Origin: Cenococcum geophilum
Lineage: Eukaryota
DNA length: 64,000 bases
NCBI GenBank assembly: GCA_050273025.1
Contig: CP158635.1
Span: 25,110,001 to 25,174,000, forward strand
Reading direction: 5' to 3'
The notes beneath the pieces were generated by a model that searched no databases, was not told the origin of the DNA, and worked only from the letters and a program-made list of their open reading frames with translations. Below are positions 27,192 to 39,105 of this stretch, in pieces (the stretch's first letter is position 1; the number at the start of each line of letters is the position of its first letter). The translations under genes were made by a program, and so were the position numbers.

Positions 27192-29412
27192 GTATAACAT
27201 GCGGATCGTTAGTACCCCCTAATGAAAATTTTGACCCAAGTTTATAATTAATAAACTGATTTAAAGCTTTAATTAACCTAAAATCTTAATTTAAAGCCCT
27301 ATAATTGTTAGCGACTTAGTTAATCAAGGCATAAGCATAGCAAGAAGGACGTATGCAAGCCTGTACAATTGGATTATCTATAAACGAAAATCCAAAGCTA
27401 GAAAAAGGAAAGGAGAAGAAGGGTAGCGCCGCTCGAAGTTATATGCGGTCCTTAAGTCACGTGGGCTCACGTGACCTGCATCTACCATAACGTCTACTAT
27501 AATCCACCGTTTTCCACTAGCGCCGTAATAATAATATAGAATTTAATTAGCATATATATAGATATAAGGTTCTTTAAAAGAAAACCCCTTTAAACCTCCC
27601 CTCTATATATAAGGAATAATAATAAAATTATATAATTAAATGGATTTATTACAATAACTAAAGCAATATATAAAATTTAATGTAATTATAATTATATAAC
27701 TTCTTATATATATAGGCAATATTTTTATTTTTACAAAAACTTTAAGCTTAAGGGGGAGACCTCCTTAGACCCCCCCTGCGCGCTGCGTGCTTTATTTACC
27801 ACATAGGCAAAGTTCTTACAGAGGTTTTAATAAAGCGTTTAGTAAAGCGTTTGGTAGAGCGTTTAGTAGAGCATTTAGTAGAGCATTTAGTAGAGCATTT
27901 AGTAAAGCATTTAGTAGAGCATTTAGTAGAGCATTTAGTAGAGCATTTGGTAGAGCATTTAGTAGAGCATTTAGTAGAGCATTTAGTAGAGTATTTAGTA
28001 GAGCATTTGGTAAAGCATTTAGTAGAGCATTTAGTAAAGTATTTGGTAAAGTATTTAGTAGAGCTTTAGCAGAGCTTTATATAGAGGTTTATATGAAGCT
28101 TTTATAGAGCTTTCGGAGAGCTATATAGGGCTTTAGTAGAGTTTTGTATAGAGCTTTAGTAGAGCTTCGTACAGAGCTTTAGTAGAACTACGTGTAGAGC
28201 TTTAGTAGAGTTTCGTGTAGAGCTTTAATAGAGCTTCGTGCAGGGCCTTATACAGAGCTATATGCAGGCGTTCGCACGGGCAATTAACTGCAGACGTTTG
28301 TAGAGACAATTATATAGGCAATGCATAGACGTTTAATTAATCGTTTGTACGGGCATTTGTATAGGCAATTGGTTAATTAATCAATTAATTATATAGGCGT
28401 TTATACGGGCGATCGTGTAGATATTTATAGAGCTGTTTATAGAGCCGTTTATGTAGATAATTATAGAGCCTTCCTAGTATATCAATACAGCGTGTTAGTA
28501 GAGCTCTAGAGCTCCGTATTAAGCTTTAAGTAGAGTTTTAAGTAGATCTTTAAGCTTAAGGGGGAGACCCCCTTAGACCCCCCCTGCGCACTACGTGCTC
28601 TATTTACCGCGTAGGTAGAGCTCTTGCAGAGGCTTTAGTAGAGTATTTAGTAGAGCTTTTATAGGTTTATATAGAGCTTTTATAGAGCTTTTGCAGAGCT
28701 TTAGTAAGGCTTTAGTAGAGTTTTATTAAAGCCTTATACAGAGCTATATACAGGCGTTTACACGGGCGATTAACTACAAAGACGTTTGTAGAGACGATTG
28801 TATAGGCAATTATATAGTCGTTTAATTAATCGATTATATAGGCGTTTAATTAATCAATTGTATAGGCGTTTATACGGGCGTTCGTATGGGCGTTTAATTA
28901 ATCGATTATATGGGCATTTAATCGATCGATTAATTGATTATATAGGCATTTGTATGGATATTTATACGGGCGTTCGTACGGGTATTTGTATAGGCAATTA
29001 ATCGATTAATCAATTATATGGGCGTTTGTATAGGCAATCGTGTAGACGTTTATAGAGCCATTTATAGAGCCATTTATAGAGCCGTTCGTATAGGCAGTTA
29101 TACAGCCAATTGCAGGACCTTCCTAGTATATTAGTGCTGCGTATTAGTAGAGCTTTGGAGCTCCGTATAGGGCTTTAAGTAAAGTTTTAAGCAGAGCTTT
29201 AAGCAGAGCTTCTAGGGGGAGAACCACCTACACACTATATGCTCTATTTACTGCGTAGCCAGTATATAGGTAGGCAGAGGTGCTGCAAAGCCTTTAGTAA
29301 AGCTTTTAGTGGAGCTTTTATAGAGCTTTATATAGAGCTTCGTGCAGAGCTTTTATAGGGGCTTTAGTAGAGCTCGACGTAGAGCTTTTGCAGAGCTTTA
29401 GTTAAACTTAAT
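27192..29412 (+). repeat. Left inverted arm with hierarchical tandem repeats
   Basis: GC-rich heads (aagcttaagggggagaccc.ttagacccccctgcgc) at about 27743 and 28551, degenerate at about 29210; each is followed by 12-bp agagcatttagt-type arrays, and the first two also by gtatag/gcgttt/caatt arrays. Confidence 0.92.
27306..27530. mobile_element. Solo LTR (39106 family) inserted in the left arm
   Basis: TGTTAGCGAC...GCCGTAATA; TSD ATAAT; absent from the right arm. Confidence 0.92.
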
Positions 29413-30113
29413 AACGTCTGTCCCTGCGTCGCGGAAAACCCACCGTACCGGAAAATATAAGGGGTACTTTAACTTTAAGCAACTATAACTCTGCGCACAC
29501 ATTATGCTTTACTATAATTATATATGTTATATACTATAGCTACTTTACAATATTTAAGACCCTTCCTGCTATATAAATTACGTTTATATCATCGCCTCCT
29601 TACCTAATTCACAGAGAGCCTTCTTTTATAGCGTACCAACATCTCTTTACTATAGCACCACTATTAAGCTCTTACCACTTATAATATATATATAAGGGTC
29701 GTATCTAAGCCTTAGAGCCTTATTACGATGGTAGAAAGTCATTATTAGCCTTATATCTACTATAGCGCGCGAATTTATATAGGGTCGCTACCCCGGTTAG
29801 TACCTCTAGCCAAAGCGATTTTCAATCCTAGTTAGTGCAAATAGTTACCTAATTATTACAGCGTAATTTACTTACAGTAGCTGCCACGCCTATAGCTGTG
29901 TAAAGTCTTAGTAAGCCCGCTAGCCTTAGCCTTATAGCCTTGTAATTTAAAACTTTATATAGACACTTATAGAATTCACCACCTTACAGGGGTATAGCTA
30001 GAGCGGGTCGCCCTCCCTAGCGCGCTATGTAGAACATCTTAGCGCTAAATAACTTGCTAACGCACCTACTAAGGTACCTAGAGTAATAAACCCATCTCCA
30101 GCTAAGCGGGCTA

Positions 30114-33100
30114 AATGACGGCCAACGATAATAGCGCCTTATCGCTAGCAGCCGCTATCCTTCTTAGCCTTAAGGTATCTATTATGCATAGTACTGCTAA
30201 ACCTCTTCCGACCTCCTCTATACTAAACCTTAGTCCTTTCCTAATATAATATAACGGCTCCTCTACCCGTTCCGATTAAATAAGCAAACTACTATAACAC
30301 CCTTAACGTCCTTAGCGTCGGCCTAGTCCGACCCTAAAGTTCCCTAAGGCTTATAGGTAGTAACGGAGGGCATTAACCCGATTGTTAAGTACGTATACTT
30401 CCCTAATATATCGTTTCTCTTTTTAGTAGCCAACGCAATTTAAGCATTATTACCGTCTATGGCCTTAATAGGTACCGCGATAAAACGTGGACGGCAGGTA
30501 ATAGCGTTAACTAGCTCCGCAACCTCCTCCCCTAAGACCTCCCAAATGCTTATATAATAACCTAAAGCTATAATACAAACACTTATAGTCGCTCTCGCGT
30601 CAGCTGCTAGTACCTCTACAATTATATAAGAACATTAGTTTCCGACCTATACTTAAAAAGACTATTAATAGAGGTACGTAATAGATGAGATACGTAATAG
30701 TAACGGCTAAGGGATTTAAGCAGATAAGTAGGCGCCCGATTATCTTCATTATACACAGTTTAGGTAGTATTATTATTAAGAGTGTAAGATGGTTATTCTA
30801 TACTTATCCCTATATTTAGCTAATAGACGTAGGCCCTTATTTATTTAGATATTACTTAATAAGGCGCCCTTAAAGAGCATCGGTTGATTAAGCTATTAAT
30901 ATACGGAATTGTGTTTATAGGCACACTATACTAAGGCGGTAGCGGTGTGGCGCTTAGAAAACTAATGGTTAATATCGCGTTTGTGTTTATAGCGGCCGAC
31001 AACCGGCTGCTATAACATCTTAAGTAAGACTTAAAGTGGCTCTAATAGTAGCTTAGATAGTATAGGCCGATTAGTAAGGATTTTATTACTAAGTTTACCT
31101 TTAAGGAGTATAAAACTCCGACGGTCCTAGGTCACTTAATTATAGTAAGTTATAATATTATTAGTATGCGGCAGCTATTAAGACAACTAGGTTGTTCCCT
31201 AGGCGTTTGCCGTAGTATTAGGAGCATTTAATGCCGAGCCAATTATTATATACGCGGATTATATTTATATAGTTAAATTTAGGTTAAAATTAGACACTAG
31301 ATATAAGATAGTATTAGGCTATATATAACTAATAGCTGTAAGTATAGGTAACGCTATTAGTCCGCGGTGGGATATAAAAGGTAGAGTTAACGTAGGTATA
31401 TAGTCTTAGATTAACGGGTTTTGTTATTTATAGGTAGAGATAATAGTAATAATAATAATTGTTTATAGTTTGCTCTAATAAACCCGTTTAGTTATTTACT
31501 ATTTAGTTTAGTATACCGGAAGTATTAGAAGTTAAGTATTTTATAGGCTAAGATAAGGAACTTAACAGAATCTATAAAAAACTTAGGAATAACAGCTCTC
31601 GTAAGACAGTCGTGGTGTATAGCCTTAGTGGGATAAGGAAGATATAACTTACCTTAGCTTACGCAAAACGACATAGAGATAAGTACTCGGCGGTGTTTTG
31701 GGTAAATAGTAAAGATATAAATATACTAAAGTAGGGATTTATCGCGGCCGCGAGACGCATTTTTCGCGATTATTCGTCGCTGGTCTATTTAAAGACGGTC
31801 GTTAAGGGTAGCGATCTAGACAAAGCGGCAAATGCGGTTAAGAGATGGCTAAGCAACGCTGGAAATAATTAATAGTTAGTTATTTATAATAACTATAATA
31901 TACCTAAGCTTCCGGGATATAATAATAGGAGAGCTTTTAATATTAAACCCTTCCTTCCTAAGGCTTATTAAGGAGCTATAATTATTACAATAAGGTCTTC
32001 CTAGCTAAGATTAGGCCATCTTATTCTGCTAAGGAAGCTTTAAAATACTAAGCATAAACTAGAGATTTTATTACACACATTAGGACGGGATGGGTTAGGT
32101 AGTAGTAGGTATACTTCCCTTTATTATTATAGTTACTAATCCCACATTAAGATCCTAGTGCTTAAGAATTGGCCTATAAGTTAGATAGTCTTCCTCTTAC
32201 TCTTATAATAGCCAGAGCCTACCTTTACTAGGTATTAACTAGTTTCGCTAAATATCTTCGGTTATATAACGATTTATAGCTTTAGCTCTAGTAAAAGTCT
32301 CTATAGATACTGTCGTATAAAGATAGAGCACTATATTCTACGTAGGAACTTTCGCTAGTCTACGTTAAATAGTAAAGCTTACTTATAGCGAAGCTTCTTT
32401 AGCTATAGGCTTACTTTAACAACTAGGATATCTGGCTTAAGCTTTTACAGGAATGTCGGTAAGGTCTAAAGTAGTTATTAGAGCTAATGTAAGACTAACT
32501 TAGCTTTAATAAAGCTATATAAGTACTATGCGATTATACGTTAGCTAAGGTAGATATTACTTCTAGGATCGACAGTATAAAATCGAGAGGATATAGTATA
32601 TATAGCTGTGTATACTTATAGACGGTGCATATACTAAACAATAGATAGGATTATAAAATAGCTAGACTTACACTAAACTATATAAGCTTATATATACCAG
32701 ATAGAGAAAGGGCTAAGTACTAGATTATAAAGTAGCGGCTTCTTTAGCATACTAAGAGATAGCTAGACCCAATTGACTATGGTTTTACTAATCTAGATAA
32801 TAAATTAATGTTTAATATAGTCTATAACTTAGGCCTTCTCTATATAGACCTAGAAAGGCTTAATAAGGCTAAGAAGATATACTAGCATACATTGTAAGGA
32901 AAGGAGAAGGCATAGGGTCCAGACTATATATTAATACTTAACACAGTTAACAACTTAGGCAACCTCTACGCGGACCTAGGAAGGCTTAATAAGGCTAAGA
33001 AAATATACTAGCGTATACTATAAGGATATAAGAAAGTATAGGGTCCAGACTATATATTAACACTTAATACGGTTAATAACTTAGGCCTTTTCTACGTGGA

Positions 33101-33757
33101 CCTAGGAAGGCTTAACAAGGCTAAGAAGATATACTAGCGTACACTATAAGGAAAGGAGAAGGCATAGGGTCCAGACTATATATTAACACTTAACACGGTC
33201 AATAACTTAGGCAACCTCTATAAGAACCTAGGAAGGCTTAATAAGGCTAAGAAGATATACTAGCGTACACTATAAGGATATAAGAAGGCATGGGGCCTAA
33301 ACTATATATTAACACTCTCTACGGTTAATAACTTAGGCAACCTCTACGCGAACCTAGGAAGGCTTAACGAGGCTAAGAAGATATACTAGCGTGCACTGCA
33401 AGGATATAAGAAGGCACTTAGGCCAGAAAATATTTAAACCCTTTTATTAGCTCTAAGCATAATATAGGGCCTCGCTTCCCTCTCTAGCCGTTAAGATTAA
33501 GTAGAGGATACTAGATTACTATATTTAAAAGCTCTATTAGGGTACCAAAAAGTAATTAGAGATTATCACCTATTGTATTAAACTTTGCGAGATAATCTTA
33601 CTACTTTAGGTAGGGAAGGAAACAAGACTAGCGCTATAACTAATTAAGAGTCTATACAAACGCATAGCTAACCGCAGACTATTGTTGACCCTAGTGTAGG
33701 CCACAAACTATAAACCTCCTAAAGGTATAAAATACTAGAAAGACTTGGCTTAATATA
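30114..33757 (+). pseudogene. Fungal NLR: alpha/beta-hydrolase (SesB/lipase-like) - NB-ARC - TPR, RIP-inactivated
   Basis: IIAVHGLNG...TW...NWLRDLLP.DLPNARIMTWGYDA, RPIIFIAHSLGGII, GIVFMGTPH.G, HADH..MVKF; P-loop GLGGIGKTQLA near 31620; WLVIYDNYD near 31870; LDGLPLAL; TPR array; several GT-AG introns. Confidence 0.92.
32824..33425 (+). repeat. Five near-identical 126-bp (42-aa) TPR-coding repeats
   Basis: aacttaggc...aggcttaataaggctaagaagatatactagcg unit recurring every 126 nt; back-corrects to NNLGNLYADLGRLDEAEKMYQRALQGYEKAWGPDHTSTLDTV. Confidence 0.93.
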
Positions 33758-34566
33758 GACTTAAGCTATACTAAGCCAGACAAATAGATTTACTACCCTT
33801 GTATTAGCCTGCAAGTAGAATGTAAGCTAGTAGCGGCTAGAGACCATTATATTAAATATATGGACAGCGGAGCGAATATATAATATATTGGTAGGAAAAG
33901 GCATATATAGGCTGATGATAGGCATTAAAAATTGCAGAGGTATTACTTAGAGTAGACCGGCTTAATATACGAGTTACGTAACACGTAGAGCAGCGTCTCC
34001 GTAACTAGTAATGCTAATAGACTAGGTAGCGTGGAGCAGAGGGTCAAATTTAGTCCATCCGCCTCCTAAAATAGCCTCCTCTATTTACTTTACTCCAGTA
34101 AAACCGTTATAAATTACTCTTTTAGACCTAGTAATTACCTAGACCAGTACCTCTAGCTAGAGGTACTAGAGTGTACGGACTTAAATATAGCCGCTCTATC
34201 CACTCCATTTCTTAGCGCTTTAGTCTATTAGTATCACTGTCCGTAATAGACGAATATAAGTATAAATAAATGACTTCTTAAGTATTAGCTTATATGTTAA
34301 ACTAAAAGGGGTATATACTAAGTTAGAAGGTAGGGTTACGTTTATAAGTAGGCTTTAGATATATTGCCTAGAGGGTAGTTACAGTTCTAGCACATATCTG
34401 TGGCGAAATTGGTGCTAGGGTTAGTAATGGGTTTGTTAACCCGAGGTATAAATAGTCTATATTTTTAGGTCCTAGATTTTAAACTTTGCTAAGCTAGCTT
34501 TTAATTAGTCTAAAAAAAGTCGCGGGCGGTATCTATCTGCAGAATACACATAACGAACTTCAAAAC

Positions 34567-36767
34567 ATCGAGTTCAACTAAAGCTCTGCAAAAGCTCTAT
34601 ATCGAGCTCTACTAAAGCCCTATAAAAGCTCTATATAAAGCTCCGTACGAAGCTCTATAAAAGCTCTACTAAAAGCTCTACTAAAGGCTTTACAGCACCT
34701 CTGCCTACCTAGTGTACTGGCTATATAGTAAATAGAGCACGCAGTGCGCAGGGAGGTCTAAGGGGCCTAAAGCTCTACTTAAAGCCTTACTTAAAGCTCT
34801 ATACGGAGCTCCAAAGCTCTACTAACACGCAGCACTAATATACTAGGAAGATTCTATAATCGGCCATATAACCACCTATACAATTAATTGCCGTACAATC
34901 GTCTCTACGAACGGCTCTATAAACGGCTCTATAAATGTCTACACAATCACCCGTACAAATGCCTATATAATTGATAAATCGATCAATTGCCTATATAAAT
35001 ACCCGTACGAACGCCCGTACAAACGTCTATATAAACGCCCATATAATTAATCAACCAATCGATTAAACGCCTATACAATTGATTAATTAAACGCCTATAC
35101 GATCGTTCCTACAAACGGCTCTATAAACGTCTATATAATTAACTAATCAATTAATCGATTAAACGATTAATTGCCTATATAAATGCCCGTATAAACGCCT
35201 ATATAATTAATTAATTAAACGCCCGTATAATTAATTAGTCGGGCAGCCGTATAATTGCCCGTGCAATTATCTCTACAAACATCTCTACAGTTAATCGCCC
35301 GTGTAAACGCCTGTAAATAGCTCTATATAAGGTCCTACACGAAGCTCTACCGAAGCTCTATATAGAGCTCTACTAAAGCCCTATAAAAGCTCTGCAAAAG
35401 CTCTATAAAAGCTCTACTAAACACTCTACTAAAGCCTCTATAAGAGCTCTACCTATATAGTAAATAGAGCACGCGGTGCGCAGAGGGGGTCTAAGTAGGT
35501 CTCCCCCTTAAGCTTAAAGATCTACTTAAAACTCTACTTAAAGCTTAATACGGAGCTCTGGAACTCTACTAACACATAGCGCTAATATACTAGGAAGGCT
35601 CTGTAATTATCTGTACAAATAGCTCTATAAATAGCTCTATAAATAGCTCTATAAATAGCTCTATAAATATCTACATAATTGCCCGTATAAACGCCTATAC
35701 AATCAATCGATTAATCAATTAATGCCTATATAAACGCCCGTACAAACGATCAATTAAACGTCCATACAATTACTTATACAATCATCTCTACAATTGTCTC
35801 TACAGTTAATCGCCCGTGCGAACGCCTACATATAGCTCTATATAAGGCTCTACATAAAGCTCTACTAAAGCTCTATATAAAGCTCTACCAAAGCTCTGCA
35901 TAAAGCTCTACTAAAGCTCTATACATAGTTCTACTAAAGCTCTATATAAGCTCTACTAAAGCTCTATATAAAGCTTTACTAAAGCTCTATATAGCTTTGC
36001 AAAAGCTCTATAAAAGCTCTACACGAACCTCTATACAAAGCTCTACTAAACGCTCTACTAAACGCTCTACTAAACGCTCTACTAAAACCTCTATAATAGC
36101 TCTGCCTATATGGTAAATAAAGCACGCAGTGCGCAGGGGGGGTCCAAGGGGGTCTCCCCCTTAAGCTTAAAGCTCTACTTAAAGCTCTACTCAAAGCTTA
36201 ATACGGAGCTCTAAAATTCTACTAATACGCAGCACTAATATACTAAGAAGGCTCTATAATTATCTACACGAACGGCTCTACGAACGGCTCTACGAACGTC
36301 TATACAAACGTCTATACAATTCCCGTATAAACGCCTATACAAACGATCAATCAAACGTCTATACAATTGCCTATACAATCGTCACTACAAACGTCTACAC
36401 GTCTGCACGCCTATACATCTGCACGCCTATATATAGCTCTATATAAGGCTTTATATAAAGCTCTATATAAAGCTCTATATAAGGCTCTACTAAGGCTCTA
36501 TATAAGGCTCTACCGAAACTCTATATAAGTTACTTAGTAGTAACTAAAGCGCCTTAGCCTTACTACTACTTCTAAATTAAGTAAAAGCTCTATATAGGGG
36601 GGTCCAGGGGGTCACCCCTGGAAAACCTTATATCTATATATATATATTAATTAAACTCTATATAATAAGGCTTTAAATTAAAGCTTTAGGTTAATTAATC
36701 GGCTTATTAGTTATAAACTTGGGTTAAAATTTTCGTTAGGGGGTACCTAACGATCTACATGTTCCAC
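34567..36767 (-). repeat. Right inverted arm with hierarchical tandem repeats
   Basis: Reverse-complement heads at about 34735-34770, 35470-35515 and 36120-36170, plus a ggggggtccagggggtcacccct motif near 36597. Confidence 0.92.
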
Positions 36768-36768
36768 C

Positions 36769-37636
36769 GGTACCTTAGCAGGTGCGTTAATAAGTTAGTT
36801 AGCGCTGAAATGTTCCGCATAGTATGCTAGCAGGGAGGGCGGCCGACCCGCTCCGGCCATACCCTTGTAAAGTGGCGAATTCTATAGCCGTTTTTAGAGA
36901 GTTAAGTTAGTTAACTAGATATATAGCTAAGGTTAAGTTAGGTCACAAGGCTGCGGGGCTAAGGTTGGCCTATTTATTAAGACTCCGCATAGCTACAGGC
37001 TTAGACTTACTTAATTAACGTAAGTAAATTACTTCCTAGATATTACGTGGAATATACGGGGTCGTTTTACACTAGCCGGAATTAGTGATCGCTTTGATTA
37101 GAGGTACTGACCCACGTGGCAACCTTGTATGAATTTGCGTACTATAGTAGATATAAGGCTAATAATAACTTCCTAACATCGTAACGAAGTTCTTAGGCTT
37201 AGATAAGTCCCTATTATAGGTTTTATAAATGATAAGAGCTTAATAGTGGTGCTATAGTAAAGGGACATTATTACGCTCTAAAAGAGGCTCTCTGCAAATA
37301 AGGCGCGAAGGCGACGATATAAGCGTAATTTATAGATATAAAGGGTCTCGAATATTACAAAGTAGCTACAGCATATAACTTATATATAATTATAGTAAAG
37401 CATAACATATACGCAGAGTTATAGTTACTTAAAATCAAAGTACCCCTTATATTTTCCTATATGGTGGGTTTTCCGTCACACAGGGACGGATATTATTTTA
37501 AAGTTCGTCACATATATTCTGCAGGTAGATACCGCCTACGACTTTTTTTTAGACCAATTAAAAGCTAGCTTAGTGGGGTTTGAAAATTTAAACACCTAAC
37601 CACCTAAAAGTATAGACTACTTATACCTCAGGTCAA
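36769..37636 (-). repeat. Inverted diverged copy of 29413-30078 joined directly to a copy of 34436-34566
   Basis: Reverse complement reads ...gacgaactttaaaat|aatatccgtccctg..., joining the sequence ending at 34566 to that starting at 29413. Confidence 0.88.
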
Positions 37637-37644
37637 TAACGTTA

Positions 37645-37769
37645 AGCGACACTACCCTCCGTCTCCTTTCCTTTTTTTAGCTTTAGATCCTTGTTTATAA
37701 ACTACCAATCATATAGGCTTACGCGTCCCTCTTGCCGTACTTGTGCCTCAATTGACTAAGTCGCTAATA
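37645..37769. mobile_element. Partial inverted LTR (39106 family)
   Basis: Reverse complement of the first ~125 nt of the 39106 LTR; ends gactaagtcgctaata. Confidence 0.85.
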
Positions 37770-39105
37770 AAGCTAACTTTAGAAGCTCTCTATATATATA
37801 AGGTCGGTATAGGTAATAGAGATAAATATTATACGCAACTAAAACAAAATAGGTAATAGAAACAGGTGGTGAGATATAGGGTACTTATTAGTAAGACGGT
37901 GATAAGGAAATCTAATTTAGGTCAATAGAAATATACAGCGATCCTTTAACAGCCTTAGTGATTTTAAATACGCCATCTAGTAGGTCTCCTATATTCGTCC
38001 TTACCAATCAGTGCAGCGCGACAGCCGCCCTCCTCGAAAATATAGTAGTCTTTAGCGCCATTAGGAAGCGTAAAATTAACGCTATATATAGGAAGAAGAT
38101 TTTCTCGTTTTGTAATTGGCCCTTTTATACCGATAAAAGCCGAAGACTAAAGGGTTCCTATCTTAAAATCCGTAGCTTCCCAAAAAGAATAAAATAGCTG
38201 TAGCTTCTCCTACCTATATCTAAAGAGCCCTTTTATATCCCTTAGGGAATATTCTACTCGATAAAGTAAAACATCTTAAATATCTAACATAATCCCTAAC
38301 TTGAAAACTACCTCCTTATTACCCTCTTTGTACTTATAAGGCTACAGACATTAAAAAAAAAAAATTTTCTCAAATTAAAGATCTCCTTTCATATCTTTAG
38401 CAATGAGCATTATATAAGGTCTATGTGGTCAACTAATAGTAGGATTGTAGTAGGAATCCAAACAAGATCCGATAAGAAGAGGATATGTGTTAAATTTTAT
38501 AATAGCTTATTTAAGCCATTTCGGAAATCTGAAGACATGCGCCTATACAGTTACGTGCAAAGCAAGGGGATCTTTTATACTATTATTTGCCATAGCTCTG
38601 TTAATATATTACAGTACGTAGGATACTCGGACAATATATAGAGCGAAAATATCTTAGCTACCAGAAGATATAGTAAGGAGTGCTAAAAATGGGGGTGTAG
38701 AAATATAACTGGAGGTAGGCATATAATAAAGGCTTTGAAGAATACAATGGCACCGAGGTAAAAACTGTATTCCGCCCCTTAATACTCTAGATATACGGTT
38801 ATAGCTTAAGGAGTTAGAAGATTTTTTAATGCTTTTTATGCTCAACTATTAGCCTAACCTCAAATCCTAGAAGGTAGTTAAAAGAAAGATGAACTACTTA
38901 TCCATCTTTTATTTCTTTCTACTAAAGGATATTCGCACGTAAAAGCCATTGCCTAAAGGCAAAGCATAAGGTCTGTCGCTAAAGGGTTAGTTAGCAGGGA
39001 GAAAGTTAGCTCAGCCACTAGCGCTAGTAGCGGGATTACTACTTTTATTTGCCTGAGATTTTATAGTTGTGTAAGAAACGACGTGGTGAGCAGGTAGGTA
39101 GAAAG

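Larger units (their letters stand above)
27192..36767. mobile_element. Foldback-like unit: ~2.2-kb inverted arms enclosing an NLR pseudogene
   Basis: 27192-29412 and 34567-36767 are inverted copies with matching outer (aacatg..gatcgttag.taccccctaa) and inner (atcgagttcaactaaagctc) ends. No transposase or TSD seen, so mobility is inferred. Confidence 0.6.

Noticed and set aside
27787..28107. ORFs RAFSRAFS.../VEHLVEHL... (also 28798-29001 and 35979-36194)
   Set aside because: They are translations of 12-bp satellite arrays in the arms, open in several frames, with no evidence of real coding.
27830..29400. CRISPR-like array
   Set aside because: Repeats are head-to-tail without unique spacers, the context is eukaryotic and there are no cas genes.
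34567..36767. Each arm as a Helitron (A|TC start)
   Set aside because: No CTRR 3' end at the shared outer terminus, and the X|Y junction lacks the AT target, so this is not supported.
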